Shown here: positions 62,416 through 64,000 of the stretch, in pieces | Layout: each line of letters begins with the position of its first letter | Numbering within the stretch: position 1 is the first letter of the stretch | Assembly: GCA_021432655.1 (NCBI GenBank) | Contig: MU271193.1 | Coordinates: 33,259 to 97,258 of the forward strand | Direction of reading: 5' to 3' | Source: Atractiella rhizophila | Taxonomy: Eukaryota | Length of the DNA: 64,000 nt | Program-made: the position numbers and the translations under genes | Notes under the pieces: model-generated | The model's input: only the letters and a program-made list of their open reading frames with translations | The model's database searches: none | What the model was told of the DNA's origin: nothing

Positions 62416-64000
62416 ATGGTTGGTGAAGGCTGGATACTATCTCCGTTCGCATCCTTCTCCTAAATTCTCGTTCTAAGCTCAAACATGCCTTAAGAGAGCA
62501 AATTCACATCCTCCTCTCGCTCCTCCTACATCCCCCCGCTCCGAACTCCAACTCGATATCGTCCACTTCCTCCGCAAGTTCCCTTACCCAAGCATCAACT
62601 CCAGGTTCTGCACTCCGCCTCCTACGACGAATACTTGCCGTAAACGGCGCAGAAGCCATCCTACGCGCCGTCCCCAGCTACTCAGCAAAAGAAGGGGAAG
62701 AGCACACTCGACGAGACGTCTTAGAGTGGAACGTTCGATGCATGTCAGGTCTTGAAGACGTCAAAGAAGGAGAAGAGCCGCCGGACCCATTTGCTGCTCC
62801 TAAAGAGGTGGACATCTCTTACTTCGTTGTCGCGGATTCTTCCGGTCCTAAAACTAGCGCAACGGAAGGTAGAGGGAACGACTCGGACGCTGAAGACCAT
62901 CTTCCAGCAGCTACATTTTCCGATCGACAGCTGCGCTCCTCGCTGCGTCCAGCTGCAAAAAGGGGGATGGGTAGAAGTGTTGGAAAGGACAAAGGAAGCA
63001 ATGATGACGATGAAGTGGAGAAGATAGGTCCTCTGATAAGAGCAGGATGGAGGGTAAGAGATGCTGAGAATGTGTGGGACATCTTGGCTGGGAAGGCAGG
63101 GAGAGCAAAAGAGAGAAGGGAAGGTGTGGTGATTTGGAATACACCGGATGATGGCCGAGAGGATGGTTGGAAAGCTTTAGAGTTCTTTGTGGAGTGTTGG
63201 GAGTGGGACAGTGGCCGCGCTTTCAAGAATGGGAAAGGTTGTCCTCGCGTCCACTCTTACGACTTGACGATTGGACTGACATGTGGATGTTGACGGCTGT
63301 AGGCATCAAGACGCCGTACTCCAATTGGTTGCTCCGCCAATTCATGCCTTCAGCAGGTTCAAGGAAACGAACGACGAATATGAATAAAGCGCTCGATATC
63401 GTGTTCCTTCCTTTCCTGAAAACCAGCTCTACTTTAGAAATCGGAAAAGAATATTCGACCATTCGAAAAAGGCAGCTGAGCATGCGGCTACTAAGCCTTG
63501 TGAGTGGTCTCCTTCGATTGATGCTTGGTGGTTGAAGACAAACAGCTCGTAGATCTCTGCACCGCAAACCTCCTAGACGGTGCCACTCTCACATCTTCAA
63601 TACTCACCTCCTTGCGTTCCCTTCCATCGTCCTCTTTCCGCTCTTTCCTCTCACTCCTCCCCAGCCCTCCATTTCTCTATCACTTAACAACCTCCTACCT
63701 CTCTTCCTTCTCCCTCCCTCCCTCCGCCTCCACACTCACGCCAAACCTCTCCCAGCCTTCTCCATCACCCAGTCCGCGAAAAGCAAGTCTCACAAAAGAA
63801 TCGAGCGGGATGATAGTGGACACACCTCGGAAGGCATGGACGGAGCTCAGGAATGGGAAGAATATCAAAGAGAGATACCTCTCGAGAACACCAATCGAAA
63901 TTGGTGCAGCCCAAGCCGCTCAGAGACAGATGAGCGGAGACGGCGATAAAGAGGCTGAAGAAGAAGAGAAAATGGACGTCGATGTGCCGCCCCCAGAAGA
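62416..64000 (+). CDS. Hypothetical protein, runs off the window end
   Basis: ATG GTT G | intron | CT CAA ACA TGC opens a long frame continuous with ORF 62742-63293; further GT-AG-bounded exons follow. No domain recognised. Confidence 0.6.

Overview
Gene-dense eukaryotic DNA from an intron-rich fungus. Introns are mostly about 45-60 nt, GT-AG, with CTRAY branch points and many microexons; the proteins look basidiomycete, possibly Pucciniomycotina (inference only). The ORF track is fragmentary, so I rebuilt about 25 gene models by hand from splice signals: a partial delta-12 desaturase, RPL12 and RACK1 head-to-head (RACK1 hosts a U24/snR24 box C/D snoRNA), an MFS sugar porter with about 25 introns, two SAM methyltransferases, MCM5, two divergent SDRs, an AAA+ ATPase, a WW protein, PPE1, a GFA/Mss4-like protein, an FMO, two tandem SGNH (CE16-like) esterases, a GYP1-like RabGAP, an intronless F-box gene and a DM9-repeat gene bracketed by a diverged direct repeat, a CTK1/CDK12-like kinase, an ABCC transporter, a GH128 glucanase and an RlpA/expansin-like secreted protein. 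Two observations stand out: (1) a near-perfect 2,544-bp intragenic tandem duplication in the ABCC gene whose junction could splice in frame to a three-NBD transporter, or could be an assembly artefact; (2) unusually long, strongly base-paired introns at the RPL12/RACK1 locus that may host unannotated structured RNAs. No CRISPR arrays, rRNA, tRNA or intact transposons were recognised. All exon boundaries are manual predictions.
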